IMG/VR virus record: IMGVR_UViG_3300021960_009431
Source of the DNA: a virus
Strand: one strand, 5' to 3'
DNA length: 64,000 nt
Within the stretch, counting starts at the first letter, position 1. Every line of letters starts with the position of its first letter. Under the pieces are notes generated by a model that was not told where the DNA came from, made no database searches, and saw nothing but the letters and a program-made list of their open reading frames with translations. The position numbers and the translations under genes are program-made. Positions 1 through 11,167 of the stretch are shown one piece after another.

Positions 1-561
1 GCATTAGATATAAAAATTACAGGGTTTGGTGGAGCAGGAGCTACGCAAAACGTTTATGCTACTATAACAGGTGATTCAGGATCAACCACCTCTAATGTTG
101 CTAAAGATACACTAACTATTTCAGGAAATAATGGTATTGAAACTTTTGTATCTGGAGACACTTTAAAAGCCCATCTTCATAGATATGAACCTTCTATAGC
201 ATCACTAGAAGTATCAGCTAATGGATCAGCAGGATATTTATTTGGAAGTCATTATCCTACAGCTCTTGGAAACAATCCAACAATATTTGCTATTAGTGGA
301 ACTACATTAGCGATTGATACAAGAGGGTTAAGTGCCCACCCGTTTGCTATACAGGATGCTGGTGGCAATAATTATAGTAATAATTTAATTTATGTTGCTG
401 GTAACGGTGCAGTTAGTGAAGGTGCAGCTGCTCAAGGTAAATACGGTGGAATTCTTTATTGGAGAATCCCGTACAATGTAACCGGTAATTTTAAGTATGT
501 GTGTACCGCTCACCCTGCTATGAACGGCGTAATAACAATAAAAAATATTGCTTCTATTTAA
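1..561 (+). CDS. C-terminal part of a virion structural/fibre protein ending in a cupredoxin-like domain (5' truncated by window)
   Basis: Frame 1 is open from base 1 to TAA at 559-561; ends SAHPF...YVCTAHPAMNGVITI (His...Cys-x2-His-x2-Met). Confidence 0.75.
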   Translation, partial: ALDIKITGFGGAGATQNVYATITGDSGSTTSNVAKDTLTISGNNGIETFVSGDTLKAHLHRYEPSIASLEVSANGSAGYLFGSHYPTALGNNPTIFAISGTTLAIDTRGLSAHPFAIQDAGGNNYSNNLIYVAGNGAVSEGAAAQGKYGGILYWRIPYNVTGNFKYVCTAHPAMNGVITIKNIASI

Positions 562-569
562 TATAAATA
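562..569 (+). promoter_or_regulatory. T4-type late promoter (TATAAATA)
   Basis: Exact gp55-dependent consensus upstream of gp8. Confidence 0.75.
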
Positions 570-597
570 GATAAAAATATATTCGGAGAACAAACAG

Positions 598-2133
598 ATG
601 CCAGGTATTGTAACCAAACGATTTAGAATTCATAATGCTGAACAGTTTCAGGAAGCATTTAGTGAAGCTGTAGATACAAAAATGTATCTTTTTATTGCTC
701 GTGTTAATACATGGGATAATGGAGACACTGAACCCACACCAGTTGATACTATTAGAGAGTCAAGATTTGAGCCGTGGCGGCAGATGATTGCAGCAAAACG
801 TGTTCAAGAATCTGATGTATCTTTTTGTGTGCCTCGTTATAACTGGACGTCCGGTACTGTATATTCCGAATATAGCGATACTGATAGTGGTATGTACGGT
901 AATCAGTTTTATGTCATGACCACTGATTTTAATGTGTATAAATGTTTGTTTAATGATAGAGGTGCAGCATCTACAGTAAAGCCAACTGGTACTAGCACTT
1001 CTATATTCCGTACATCTGATGGTTACAAATGGAAATTTATGTATTCTGTGTCAGCAGCTGATGTTCTCAAGTTTGTTACAACATCATTTATTCCTGTAAA
1101 AACATTGACAGCAGATGATGGTACTACACAATGGGATATTCAGCAAGCTGCTACTAATAATTCTATTGATATTATTGATGTTACTGCTAATGGTTCAGGT
1201 TATGCATATAGAGCAAATACTTTTGGTAGTGTAACTAACTCGTCTGTAGTTGTTCTTGATTCAAGTGCTAGTGCAGTTGATGAAGCTTACACTGGCTCAG
1301 CTATCTATATTTCAGCAGGTTTAGGATCAGGTCAGCTTGCTAATGTTTCAGCATATATTGGTTCATCTAAAACATTAACTTTATCACCAGCATTTACTAC
1401 TACTCCAAACAGTACAAGCTCCTACCATATTGGTCCAAAAATTCTAATTACTGGAGATGGTGTACCGGATAGTGCAAAAGCTTATGCTAATGCAAGTAGT
1501 GGTCAAATTTCTCATATCAATATGATAAGTGTAGGATCTGGTTTCTCTAAAGCTAACGTTCAAATTTCTGGCACAGGTGGTACCGGCGGTAAAGGTGTTG
1601 CAAGATTGTCTCCTCCAGGCGGTCATGGATCAGACCCAGTTGGTGAATTAGGTGGCTTTAATGTAATGTTAAATGTACGTTTAGAAGGTACAGAGGGTGG
1701 TAATTTTCCGACAAATAATGACTTCCGCACAATCGGAATTCTAAAAGACCCGTTAACTGCTAATGATATTGCAGCTAATGCAGCTGCTTATGATACTACA
1801 ACTAAACTCACTGTAACAAGTATAGCAAGTGGGCCGTTCTTCCAAGATGAAATTGTAAGAGGTACTGCTAACGGTGCTATAGGAAGAGTAGTAGAGTTTG
1901 CTAATACTAACGCTGCTGGTACCGCAGGTGTACTTAAAATAACTGATGTGGCTGGTACATTTGAAACAGAAACTATTACTGGTAATACTACATCAGCTAC
2001 TGCTACTATAGCATCAATTACTAGCAGTGAATTAAAAGCTTACTCAGGGGACATAATCTACAGAGAAAATCGGTCAGTGACAAGTAGATCATCTGATCAG
2101 GTTGAAGATATTAAGATTGTTGTCCGCTACTAA
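598..2133 (+). CDS. gp8: Baseplate wedge subunit gp8
   Basis: Motifs PRYNWTSG, FYVMTTDFNVYKCL, DGYKWKFMY, NDFRTIGIL, C-terminal RSSDQVEDIKIV. Confidence 0.9.
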   Translation: MPGIVTKRFRIHNAEQFQEAFSEAVDTKMYLFIARVNTWDNGDTEPTPVDTIRESRFEPWRQMIAAKRVQESDVSFCVPRYNWTSGTVYSEYSDTDSGMYGNQFYVMTTDFNVYKCLFNDRGAASTVKPTGTSTSIFRTSDGYKWKFMYSVSAADVLKFVTTSFIPVKTLTADDGTTQWDIQQAATNNSIDIIDVTANGSGYAYRANTFGSVTNSSVVVLDSSASAVDEAYTGSAIYISAGLGSGQLANVSAYIGSSKTLTLSPAFTTTPNSTSSYHIGPKILITGDGVPDSAKAYANASSGQISHINMISVGSGFSKANVQISGTGGTGGKGVARLSPPGGHGSDPVGELGGFNVMLNVRLEGTEGGNFPTNNDFRTIGILKDPLTANDIAANAAAYDTTTKLTVTSIASGPFFQDEIVRGTANGAIGRVVEFANTNAAGTAGVLKITDVAGTFETETITGNTTSATATIASITSSELKAYSGDIIYRENRSVTSRSSDQVEDIKIVVRY

Positions 2134-2151
2134 ACTAAAGGTTGAATAATA

Positions 2152-5100
2152 ATGGCACGAGCTAACACTGCCTCTCTAGATACGAATTTTAATGTAGATC
2201 CGTATTACGACGACTTTGATGAAACAAAAAACTTTCACAGAGTTTTATATCGTCCCGGGTTTGCTGTTCAAGCTAGAGAGCTTACACAAATGCAAACTAT
2301 TTTGCAAAATCAAATCGATAGATTTGGTGAGCATATATTTAGAGAAGGAAGTGTAGTATCCGGTTTAGAAGTTAATTATGATGATGAATATAACTTTGTT
2401 AAAGTAAGAGACGGTGATAATACAGGTAACACTTTAGTATTATCTGATGGTGTTGGAAAATATATTACTGGTGCTACTTCTAATGTTACAGCTATTGTTA
2501 TTGATACTATTGATGGTTCAGAAGCAGATAGTCCTAATACAAAAACTCTTTATGTAAAATATATTGATACTGGTACTCAAGGTACATCAGGTAATACTAC
2601 TTTTTCTTCTGGTGAAAGATTAATTGCTAATAGTGGTAGTTTTACCGCTAATGTTATTAGTTCAGGTGTAACTACTGGTTCAGGTAGTCATATTAAAATT
2701 GAAGAAGGTATTATCTTTGCAAAAGATCATTTCATAAAAATACCATCAGCTAATCTTTTATTAGGTAGATACTCTTCTAATGTAAGCTATAAAATAGGAT
2801 TTAATATAGCAGAAGAAATAGTAACTTCAGCAGGAGATACTTCTCTTTTAGATCCATCTCAAGGTTCATTTAACTATACAGCACCTGGTGCAAATAGATT
2901 AAAATTAAATCCATCAGTAGCAAAATATGAATTAACTGCTAATACTGGCGATGATTTTGTAGAAATTTACAGAGTACAAGAAGCGCACACTGCTCTTAAT
3001 AATGAAAAACCAAGATATTCAGAAATAAGAGATTATTTTGCACAAAGAACTCATGACATTAACGGTGATTTTATTGTAAAAGGTCTTGGTGTACGTTTAA
3101 GAGAGCATTTAGAGCAAGCTAATAATCAAGGTGTTTATTCTGTTGCAAATGGCGGAGATAGTACAAAATTAGTTGTAGATATTGATCCAGGTAAAGCTTA
3201 CGTTGGTGGTTATGATATCGAAAACTTAATTACAGCTCATGTAAATACAACTAAATCAACTGATTTTAATTCTATTGAAGCTTCAACTGTATCTGCTAAC
3301 TATGGTAATTATGTGGTAGTAAAAGAAGTTTCCGGTGCATGGGATGTTAACACTCATGACATAGTTAACTTACATAAAGGTTTTGCACGGTCAGTTTCTA
3401 ACACACTTTACTCTACATCTGCACCAGCTGGTGATTTATTAGGTACTGCTCGAGTAAGAGCTTTAGAATATGTTTCTGGTACTAAAGGCGATTCTGAAGC
3501 AAAATATAATATGTATTTGTATGACGTCAAAACTACAGCTAATACATTTAGTGAAGTAAGATCAATAAGAATAGATAATTCAGCAGGAAGTCAAGCTAAT
3601 GGTATTGCTGATGTTATAGTAAGCTCTGCTAATACTGCTTCGTTTAACGAAAACACTTTTAATAGAGCAGTTTTTAGATTGCCTGCAAAAGCAGTTAAAA
3701 GACTAAGAGATACTACAGGTAATATTGATACTAATTTTCAATTCTTAAAAAGCTTTGATGTTACTATTGCGGCGGATGGTACATTCAGTGTTGCTACTGG
3801 AGCAGCAGATGAGACATATCCATTTTCAGCAGGTGCATTAAATGCAACACAGAAAAACGCAGGTTTTTATGTAGTACTTAATGCTAATACAGCTAGTACA
3901 AGCACTGTAGATACGGGTTCTATGGCTAATATGGCCAATACTGTAACCGGTCTTACCTCAGCGGCAACTAAATTTAATGTTGGTGATAGAATTCAACTAG
4001 CTGATTATGCTAATAATTTTACTGTATCATCTGTTTCTTCTACATCGTTAACTACTTTAGAACCTGCTCTTGCAGCAATTTCTTCTAAAGGTGTTGTCAA
4101 AAAGTTTAATAAAGGTCAAGTTATTGACATGTCGGGTGTTGGAGGAGATAATGGTTCAAGAACAGTGACGATTGCTTCAGCAACTTCTGCTACTTTTGAT
4201 ATACAAGAAACTTTGACAGGTACTGCTACTGCTACTGTTATAACGGAATTGACTAAAGTAGATGGTAGAGAGATCGCTAAAAACTTTAACTCTAACCGTT
4301 TTGTAGAAGTTACAGTTAATGCGTCTGATGGAACAACCAATACAACCGGTCCTTGGAATCTCGGTCTTTCTGATATTCACGAAATAACTGAAGTAAGAAA
4401 ACAAACAGGTAATACAGCATTTACTGCAGTAACTCAAGGTACAGATGTGACTGCTAACTTTTTACTCGATAACGGGCAAAAAGATAATATGTATGATCAT
4501 GGTAAATTAAAATTAAAACCAGGTTCGTCAGCATCAGCTGGTGATGTTTATCTAGTAAAATTAAATTACTTTACTCATGATACATCGCAAGGTGTTGGAT
4601 ACTTTTCTGTAGATTCTTATCCTATTGACGATGTATTAGTTTCTAATACAACTGCAATTACTACACAAGAAATACCTTTATTTGTATCACCAGCAAGCGG
4701 CAATCTTCTTGATCTAAGAGACTGTATTGATATTAGACCAAGAATTACAGATACAGCTGCAGATGCAACATCTGTAGGTGCAGCAACTACAAACCCTGCT
4801 ACAAGTACTACTATTGTCTCACCTTCAGGTGGTTTGAGATTTATGGCTCCTAATGAAAATCTAACTGCAGATTTAGATTATTATCTAGGAAGAAATGATA
4901 AAATTTCACTATCACCGTCAGGAGATATTAGAGTTACTAAAGGTAAATCATCAATTAACCCAGTAACACCAGAAGAGCCAAGCGGACATCTACCTCTTGC
5001 AACTGTATATGTGCAACCATTTCCATCTCTTGCACCTGATACAGCTAAAAACTTTAATAGATATGATCTTTCTGCATATATTGAACCGATTAAATCTAGA

Positions 5101-8100
5101 CGATTTACAATGCAAGATATTGGTAACATAAAAACTCGTTTAGATAAAGTAGAATATTATACTAGATTATCTTTAGCAGAGCAAGAAGCTAAAAATTTAA
5201 ATTTTGCTGACGGTAATGGTATAGATAGATTTAAAAATGGAATGATAGTTGATACCTTCACTGGTCATAATATTGGTGATGTTGGTAATCCAGATTATGC
5301 TGCTGCTATTGATAAATTAAAAGGTGAATTGAGACCTCAGTTTAAATTAAATAGTATACAACTTGATTCTCAAACAGCTAATAGTTCTAATTTAGTATTA
5401 GGACCAAGTGATGCTACTTTAACAGTTAGTGGTACAGCTACTTTTACAGTTGGTGAAACTATTACCGCCGGCGCTGCATCAGGTAAGCTAGTCTATCAGG
5501 TAGGTCGTAAACTTTACTTAGAACAAGTATCTGGTACATTTTCTACATCTACAACAGCATCTGGTGGTTCAAGTTCTTCGAGTGGAGCAATATCAGCAGT
5601 TTCAACCTCAGGTAATGGTTTACTAGCTACACTACCTTATACTCATTTATCAGTTATTGATCAACCTTCTGCTACAACAACACGAAATGCCGCTGGTTTA
5701 TTCTGGTCATTTATTGGTAATATTTCACTTTCTCCAGATACTGATATGTGGGTTGATACTACAACAGCTCCAGATATTCAGCTTAATTTTGAGTCTAATT
5801 TAGATAACTGGCCTGGATTAGAAAACTCCTGGCAAACAGAATGGAATAACTGGCAAACTACAGGTACAGGTGTAAGTTCAAGTTCTTTTAATTCTACAAG
5901 AGAGACAAGAGTACGTAGTGCAACTGGGTTGCCAGCTGGAGGAAATAGAGTAGCTGATGTAGATACTATTTTTCGAGAAACTACAACCAACCAAGTGCGT
6001 AGTGTAACTACAAGTCAATCTCGTACAGGTATATCAACTGGTATTGAAATTCAATCTCAAACAGAACGCACTGGTCCTAGAGTAATTGATACTAATTTAA
6101 TTCCGTTTATGAGATCTAGAATTGTTCAAGTAACAGGTAGAGGTTTTAAACCTAATACTAAATTATATTCTTTCTTTGATGGTACCGATGTTTCAGCATT
6201 TGTTACACCAACAACATCTGCATTTGCAAATACTGCAGTTGAAGGAGGAAGCTTATTCTCTAATAGTGAAGGTGATGTTTATGCAGAGTTTAGAATACCT
6301 GCAAGTGGCAATTTAAGATTTAAAGTTGGTGATAGATTATTTCGTTTAACTGATAATGTTACAAATGCTTCTGGTGCCGGTTTAACTACAACATCTGGTG
6401 AAGCTTTATATTCAGCTAGAGGTTTAAGTCAGACTGTACAAGATACAGTTATATCAACTAGATTGCCTCAGCTAGCAACTAGAACTGTTTCTGAATCAAG
6501 AAGCTTTACTTCAAGCGCTGTAGTTTCAAGTCAATTAACTGCTAGAGAACCTGTAAGAAACGAAGTTACTTGGAGACAAGTTCCTCGACCTCGACCACGT
6601 GACCCAATTGCGCAAACATTTATTATAGATAATAGTGCAAGAGGTGTTTCATCAAGTGGAGCATTTCTATCTAAAATAGATCTATTCTTTGGTTCAAAAG
6701 ATAGTTCCCGTCCAGTTTTTATTGAAATAAGAGAAGTAGATCCTACATCATCATTTATTACTAATAAAATTGTTCCATTTTCTGAAGTTATAATAGAAGC
6801 AGCTGATATTAATACAAGCTCAGACGGCTCATCACCAACACCAGTTAATTTTAAAACACCTATTCACTTGAAAGATCAAACTGAATATGCTGTAGTAATT
6901 AAACCAGGTGCAGATAATCCTGATACTACTCTTTTTGTATCACGTTTAGGTGGTAATGATTTAATTACAGGGGAAAGAATAGTTAAACAGCCATATGTTG
7001 GTACAATGTATGCTTCTTCTAATAACAAAGCTTGGAATGCTATTCAAGAAGAAGATCTTAAATTTAAACTATATATTGCTCAATTTACTACAGGCACAAC
7101 TGCAGCTACTGTATTTAAAAACAAAGATATTGATTTTATGAAGATCAATAATGGTGCTAATACATTTAATACGATTGGAGAGAGTATTCATGGCGAGACA
7201 ACTCTTACATTAAGTAATGGTATAACAGTAAATTCAAATATGGTTCTTGTTGGTAATACATCTGGAGCAAATTGTGTGGTTACTTCTAATAACTCAGGAA
7301 CAACTTCAATAAGAGTGAAAGATGTATCATTAACTAAATTTACTACAGGTGAGCATATTAATGTAAAAATTAATAATGTAAAACAAGCAGATTTTGGTAC
7401 TATTAGCGGACAGTCAACCGCTACAGGTAAGATAGCTTACTATGATAGAGTAAACGAATCTGGTAATACTATTATTCATGTTGATAATGTTTCTGGAACA
7501 TTTACTAATGGACATCAAATAAAAGGTCAAACAAATAGTAAAACTGCTACTATTGAAAGTATAGATGTTCTTGAAGTAGATACTTTACATCTTAATTCAA
7601 GTTATGTATCATTTGATAATACGACAGTATCACCTTTTATAAAATTAAATACTTCAAAAACAGCTAGAGATAGTGCTTTTAGAAGAATTGAAGATAATGA
7701 AAATGAGGAATTTACTACACCTAGATTTGTACTTTCTAAATCAATAGAAAATGCAAATATTAGTGGAGAAAAATCTGCAGAATTTAAATATGAATTTAGT
7801 ACTACTGATCCTAATTTATCTCCAATGTTTGATATTGAAAGAGTTCAAGCTATTGTAGTAAATAATAAAATTAACAACGATTCTACAGGTGAAACCTCAG
7901 CCTCAGGTGGTAATGCTGAAGCTAGATATATGACAAGAATACTAGAATTAGCAGATGGCCAAGATGCTGAAGATATTAAAGTAAAACTTAATGCATATAA
8001 ACCTTCAGGTACTGATGTAAAAGTTTATTATAAAATACTTCATAAGGATGACAGTGACTTTTTTGATGATCGAAGCTGGGTAGCTATGGGTCAAGATACT

Positions 8101-8331
8101 ACTTCAACGGTTATATCAAGTAGTGAAAATAACGAAGACTTTAAAGTATATGATTTTAGTATACCTTCAGCTGAATTATCTGGTCCTTTAAGTCAAGTTC
8201 AATATACTAATAGTGACGGTATTATATATACTGGTTTTAAGTATATGTCAATTAAAATAGTTTTAACTTCTTCTAATCAAGGTTTAGTACCTAGAGTTAA
8301 AGATTTAATGGCAATAGCACTACAAATTTAA
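2152..8331 (+). CDS. Large virion structural protein (DUF4815/VrlC-like)
   Basis: N-terminal NVDPYYDDFD...VLYRPGFAVQARELTQMQTILQNQI; DRFKNG.IVD.F; DPIAQTF; typical position after gp8 in marine T4-like phages. Confidence 0.85.
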   Translation: MARANTASLDTNFNVDPYYDDFDETKNFHRVLYRPGFAVQARELTQMQTILQNQIDRFGEHIFREGSVVSGLEVNYDDEYNFVKVRDGDNTGNTLVLSDGVGKYITGATSNVTAIVIDTIDGSEADSPNTKTLYVKYIDTGTQGTSGNTTFSSGERLIANSGSFTANVISSGVTTGSGSHIKIEEGIIFAKDHFIKIPSANLLLGRYSSNVSYKIGFNIAEEIVTSAGDTSLLDPSQGSFNYTAPGANRLKLNPSVAKYELTANTGDDFVEIYRVQEAHTALNNEKPRYSEIRDYFAQRTHDINGDFIVKGLGVRLREHLEQANNQGVYSVANGGDSTKLVVDIDPGKAYVGGYDIENLITAHVNTTKSTDFNSIEASTVSANYGNYVVVKEVSGAWDVNTHDIVNLHKGFARSVSNTLYSTSAPAGDLLGTARVRALEYVSGTKGDSEAKYNMYLYDVKTTANTFSEVRSIRIDNSAGSQANGIADVIVSSANTASFNENTFNRAVFRLPAKAVKRLRDTTGNIDTNFQFLKSFDVTIAADGTFSVATGAADETYPFSAGALNATQKNAGFYVVLNANTASTSTVDTGSMANMANTVTGLTSAATKFNVGDRIQLADYANNFTVSSVSSTSLTTLEPALAAISSKGVVKKFNKGQVIDMSGVGGDNGSRTVTIASATSATFDIQETLTGTATATVITELTKVDGREIAKNFNSNRFVEVTVNASDGTTNTTGPWNLGLSDIHEITEVRKQTGNTAFTAVTQGTDVTANFLLDNGQKDNMYDHGKLKLKPGSSASAGDVYLVKLNYFTHDTSQGVGYFSVDSYPIDDVLVSNTTAITTQEIPLFVSPASGNLLDLRDCIDIRPRITDTAADATSVGAATTNPATSTTIVSPSGGLRFMAPNENLTADLDYYLGRNDKISLSPSGDIRVTKGKSSINPVTPEEPSGHLPLATVYVQPFPSLAPDTAKNFNRYDLSAYIEPIKSRRFTMQDIGNIKTRLDKVEYYTRLSLAEQEAKNLNFADGNGIDRFKNGMIVDTFTGHNIGDVGNPDYAAAIDKLKGELRPQFKLNSIQLDSQTANSSNLVLGPSDATLTVSGTATFTVGETITAGAASGKLVYQVGRKLYLEQVSGTFSTSTTASGGSSSSSGAISAVSTSGNGLLATLPYTHLSVIDQPSATTTRNAAGLFWSFIGNISLSPDTDMWVDTTTAPDIQLNFESNLDNWPGLENSWQTEWNNWQTTGTGVSSSSFNSTRETRVRSATGLPAGGNRVADVDTIFRETTTNQVRSVTTSQSRTGISTGIEIQSQTERTGPRVIDTNLIPFMRSRIVQVTGRGFKPNTKLYSFFDGTDVSAFVTPTTSAFANTAVEGGSLFSNSEGDVYAEFRIPASGNLRFKVGDRLFRLTDNVTNASGAGLTTTSGEALYSARGLSQTVQDTVISTRLPQLATRTVSESRSFTSSAVVSSQLTAREPVRNEVTWRQVPRPRPRDPIAQTFIIDNSARGVSSSGAFLSKIDLFFGSKDSSRPVFIEIREVDPTSSFITNKIVPFSEVIIEAADINTSSDGSSPTPVNFKTPIHLKDQTEYAVVIKPGADNPDTTLFVSRLGGNDLITGERIVKQPYVGTMYASSNNKAWNAIQEEDLKFKLYIAQFTTGTTAATVFKNKDIDFMKINNGANTFNTIGESIHGETTLTLSNGITVNSNMVLVGNTSGANCVVTSNNSGTTSIRVKDVSLTKFTTGEHINVKINNVKQADFGTISGQSTATGKIAYYDRVNESGNTIIHVDNVSGTFTNGHQIKGQTNSKTATIESIDVLEVDTLHLNSSYVSFDNTTVSPFIKLNTSKTARDSAFRRIEDNENEEFTTPRFVLSKSIENANISGEKSAEFKYEFSTTDPNLSPMFDIERVQAIVVNNKINNDSTGETSASGGNAEARYMTRILELADGQDAEDIKVKLNAYKPSGTDVKVYYKILHKDDSDFFDDRSWVAMGQDTTSTVISSSENNEDFKVYDFSIPSAELSGPLSQVQYTNSDGIIYTGFKYMSIKIVLTSSNQGLVPRVKDLMAIALQI

Positions 8332-8332
8332 T

Positions 8333-8554
8333 ATGAAATACACAAAAGTAGAAAATGAACCTAATTTTATTAGAGATAATAGTAGTAGAGGTATATTAAA
8401 TACTGACAACAGTGGTTTAATTGCGTATAAAATGCAAAAAAAAACGAGGTTAAATCAAGACAGTAAAATAAATAAATTAACAGAAGATGTAGATGAGTTA
8501 AAAAGTAATATTTCAGAAATCAAAAATCTTTTAGTTTCTCTTTTAGATAAATAA
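8333..8554 (+). CDS. Small conserved coiled-coil protein
   Basis: 73-aa ORF (RD..S.GILNTD; C-terminal heptads) that commonly follows the DUF4815 gene. Confidence 0.7.
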   Translation: MKYTKVENEPNFIRDNSSRGILNTDNSGLIAYKMQKKTRLNQDSKINKLTEDVDELKSNISEIKNLLVSLLDK

Positions 8555-8596
8555 ATAGGAATATAGCTCTTTAATTAAAAAGATAGGAATAGACAT

Positions 8597-9919
8597 ATGC
8601 CATTATACAATTCAGGAACACTTATTGCCGACGTGCAATTAACAGACACGTTTAACACCTGGCGTACACGGTTTAACAACGCATTGGCTGATGCATCAGG
8701 TATTACAGCGAATAACACTTTTACTGGTCAATTAAATACATTTACAAAAAATGTAGATATAGACGGGCCATTGAATGCTCCTATTCTCACATCTAATAAC
8801 GCTGTTATTCAGAGCCTTAATGCTTCGTTTTTTGATCTCGATGGAGATATGACAGCTGATGTTATTACAGCAAACAGCGTAGCAGGCACTCTCACAACAG
8901 CAGCTCAAGGAAATATTACTTCTCTTGGCACACTAACTACACTTACAGTAGACAACGTAATAGTAAATGGTACTACAATAGGTCATACTAGTGATACTGA
9001 TCTAATGACTTTAGCTTCTGGTGTAGTAACAGTTGCAGGAGAATTATCTGCTACTACTTTAGATATTGGTGGTACAAATATTTCAGCTACAGCAGCTGAA
9101 ATTAACCAGATTGCAGGTATTACGGATGGTACAGCAGCTGCTAACAAAGCAATGATACCTGATGCTAATATTGATATTACAGCAATTAGAAATCTTACGA
9201 CAACAGGTAATATTGTTGTAGGTGGTAACTTTACTGTTAATGGTACAACTTCAACAGTATCTTCAACCAATACAGTAGTTAGCGATAACTTAATTGAATT
9301 AAATAACGGTGCATCGTCTAACGCAAATGATTCAGGTATTGTTATTGAACGTGGTTCAACTGGTGATAACGCATTTATTGGTTGGGATGAATCAGCTGAT
9401 AGATTTATTGTAGGTACAACGACTGCTACTGGAGCTGATACTGGTAACCTTTCGATTACTAAAGGAACACTTAATGCAGATCTTGCTGGTGATGTAACTG
9501 GTACTATTCAAACTGCAGCTCAAGCTAACATTACATCTGTTGGTACATTAACAAGTTTGACTTTAGGTGGTACTTTGAACATGGGAGGCAATTCTCTTCA
9601 AAACGCCACATATACAGATTTACACCCTACTACTCATGTCCTTTCTAACAGTGATTTAGCAATTGACTTTTCTATTCCGCTTAACAAAATGGTAATGGAT
9701 TCTGCTAGAACATTTACAGAAGAAAATAAAGCAGCGGGTAGAATGATTACTATGTTGTTGGATACGTCAACATCAGATCATGACCCAACGTTTTCATCTA
9801 ATATAAAATGGCATGGTGCAGAAACACCGACATGGGATGACTATCGGTATTGGATTATCAGTATGGTTTGTCTAGATTCAACTACTGTATTTGCTTCTGC
9901 AACAGGTCATGATACTTAA
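8597..9919 (+). CDS. Tail fibre / virion fibre protein
   Basis: N-terminal DTFNTWRTRFN anchor motif; repeated TAAQxNITSxGTLT; NFTVNGTT..V.S.N.VVSDNLIELN; Thr/Gly rich. Confidence 0.75.
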   Translation: MPLYNSGTLIADVQLTDTFNTWRTRFNNALADASGITANNTFTGQLNTFTKNVDIDGPLNAPILTSNNAVIQSLNASFFDLDGDMTADVITANSVAGTLTTAAQGNITSLGTLTTLTVDNVIVNGTTIGHTSDTDLMTLASGVVTVAGELSATTLDIGGTNISATAAEINQIAGITDGTAAANKAMIPDANIDITAIRNLTTTGNIVVGGNFTVNGTTSTVSSTNTVVSDNLIELNNGASSNANDSGIVIERGSTGDNAFIGWDESADRFIVGTTTATGADTGNLSITKGTLNADLAGDVTGTIQTAAQANITSVGTLTSLTLGGTLNMGGNSLQNATYTDLHPTTHVLSNSDLAIDFSIPLNKMVMDSARTFTEENKAAGRMITMLLDTSTSDHDPTFSSNIKWHGAETPTWDDYRYWIISMVCLDSTTVFASATGHDT

Positions 9920-9934
9920 TAAGGAGAATTAACT

Positions 9935-10759
9935 ATGAGTTTACCGCACTCTTTTTTAGCTGGAAGAACTGGTCTAGGTGGTGTTGATGTAGTAACAACA
10001 TCAAATTTTAGCACATATTGGTCCAAAACTCAAGGCGACACTGGCGCCAGTCATGGGCTTACCACATCTAATGGTATAGTTAATCAAATCCAGCAGAACG
10101 GAGAATACAATGGTGTAGGTGGAACTTGGGATATGGATTCTTCGGTTGCCACGGGCGATAATTTCCGCGTATGGGTTCAAGGTGGAGGTGGTTCTACTGT
10201 TAGTGTTTGGGGTGGCGGCCCAGGTGGCGGCGGTGGCTATATGGATTTTACATATAATGGTGGACAAGCTACATGGAAAGCAGGTGGGGCTGAAGGTGGC
10301 TGGCCAAGTTACAGCGTACCGCAAATAACCGATTCTCAATTCAGTTTAGGTGGTAATTCCTTAACAGCTACCCGGGGTCGAGGCCAAACAGGTGGCGCCG
10401 GTTCGGCAACAACATCTGGAACAGTTTCTGGTAGCCACGGTGGCGGCGCAACGGTTGGCAGCCAAAGCACTTGGGGTGGCGGAGGAGGGGGTGGTACCTC
10501 TCAGACTGGTGGTCAAGCATTTAATTGGGGCGGCGGTGGCGGCGGTGGCAACTATGGCGCCGGTGGCGGTCAATCTGGTTATGGAGCTGGCGGTACCGGC
10601 GGAGGTGCACCGCGCGGAGGCGGTTCTGGCGGCTATGGAGGTGGTGGCGCTGGTATGGATCTCGGTGGCGGTGGTCCTGGCCGTCTCATAATCCAATGGA
10701 ATCCTTCAGGCGCTCAAGATGCTCGACAGACACCACACAATGTTTCAATTAATGCTTAA
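9935..10759 (+). CDS. Glycine-rich virion protein (probable fibre tip/receptor-binding domain)
   Basis: Strong SD AAGGAG; long GGGG/GxGGG tracts; GC-rich relative to flanks. Confidence 0.7.
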   Translation: MSLPHSFLAGRTGLGGVDVVTTSNFSTYWSKTQGDTGASHGLTTSNGIVNQIQQNGEYNGVGGTWDMDSSVATGDNFRVWVQGGGGSTVSVWGGGPGGGGGYMDFTYNGGQATWKAGGAEGGWPSYSVPQITDSQFSLGGNSLTATRGRGQTGGAGSATTSGTVSGSHGGGATVGSQSTWGGGGGGGTSQTGGQAFNWGGGGGGGNYGAGGGQSGYGAGGTGGGAPRGGGSGGYGGGGAGMDLGGGGPGRLIIQWNPSGAQDARQTPHNVSINA

Positions 10760-10778
10760 AAATATATAATGGTTTATT

Positions 10779-11162
10779 ATGTTACACAAACAATATGCTG
10801 CGAGAAGTGAAGATTTTTTCACTGAAGTAAAAGTTCAAGATTGTTATAATTTAGTTAATACAAAAAAATATTGTATATTTGTGTTATATGATTTTGAACA
10901 AGAATGGCACAATTCCACATATCACATAAGAGAAGCATCTGAAGATTATCTTAGTGCTATAGAAAGATTATCTGTAATATTTAATAAAGACTGGCATTAT
11001 TATAAAATTGATTTTAATAAAATAGAAACTGTACTTTTTGAGCCCTTGCATTTACCTGCAGCTTATGCTTTTATAAATGGAGAGCGAAAAGCCAGTTTTG
11101 GCGGACAAATGCCTTCTGATGAATCTATAATTAAATATTTTAAAACTCTTGAAAATGGATAA
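10779..11162 (+). CDS. Hypothetical protein, possible thioredoxin-like fold lacking CxxC
   Basis: C-terminal YKIDF...LPAAYAFINGERKASFGG resembles the thioredoxin cis-Pro/beta-hairpin end. Confidence 0.5.
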   Translation: MLHKQYAARSEDFFTEVKVQDCYNLVNTKKYCIFVLYDFEQEWHNSTYHIREASEDYLSAIERLSVIFNKDWHYYKIDFNKIETVLFEPLHLPAAYAFINGERKASFGGQMPSDESIIKYFKTLENG

Positions 11163-11167
11163 CCAGA

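Noticed and set aside
10119-10752. Alternative-frame ORFs inside the glycine-rich gene
   Set aside because: By-product of GC-rich GGN repeats lacking stop codons; no RBS.
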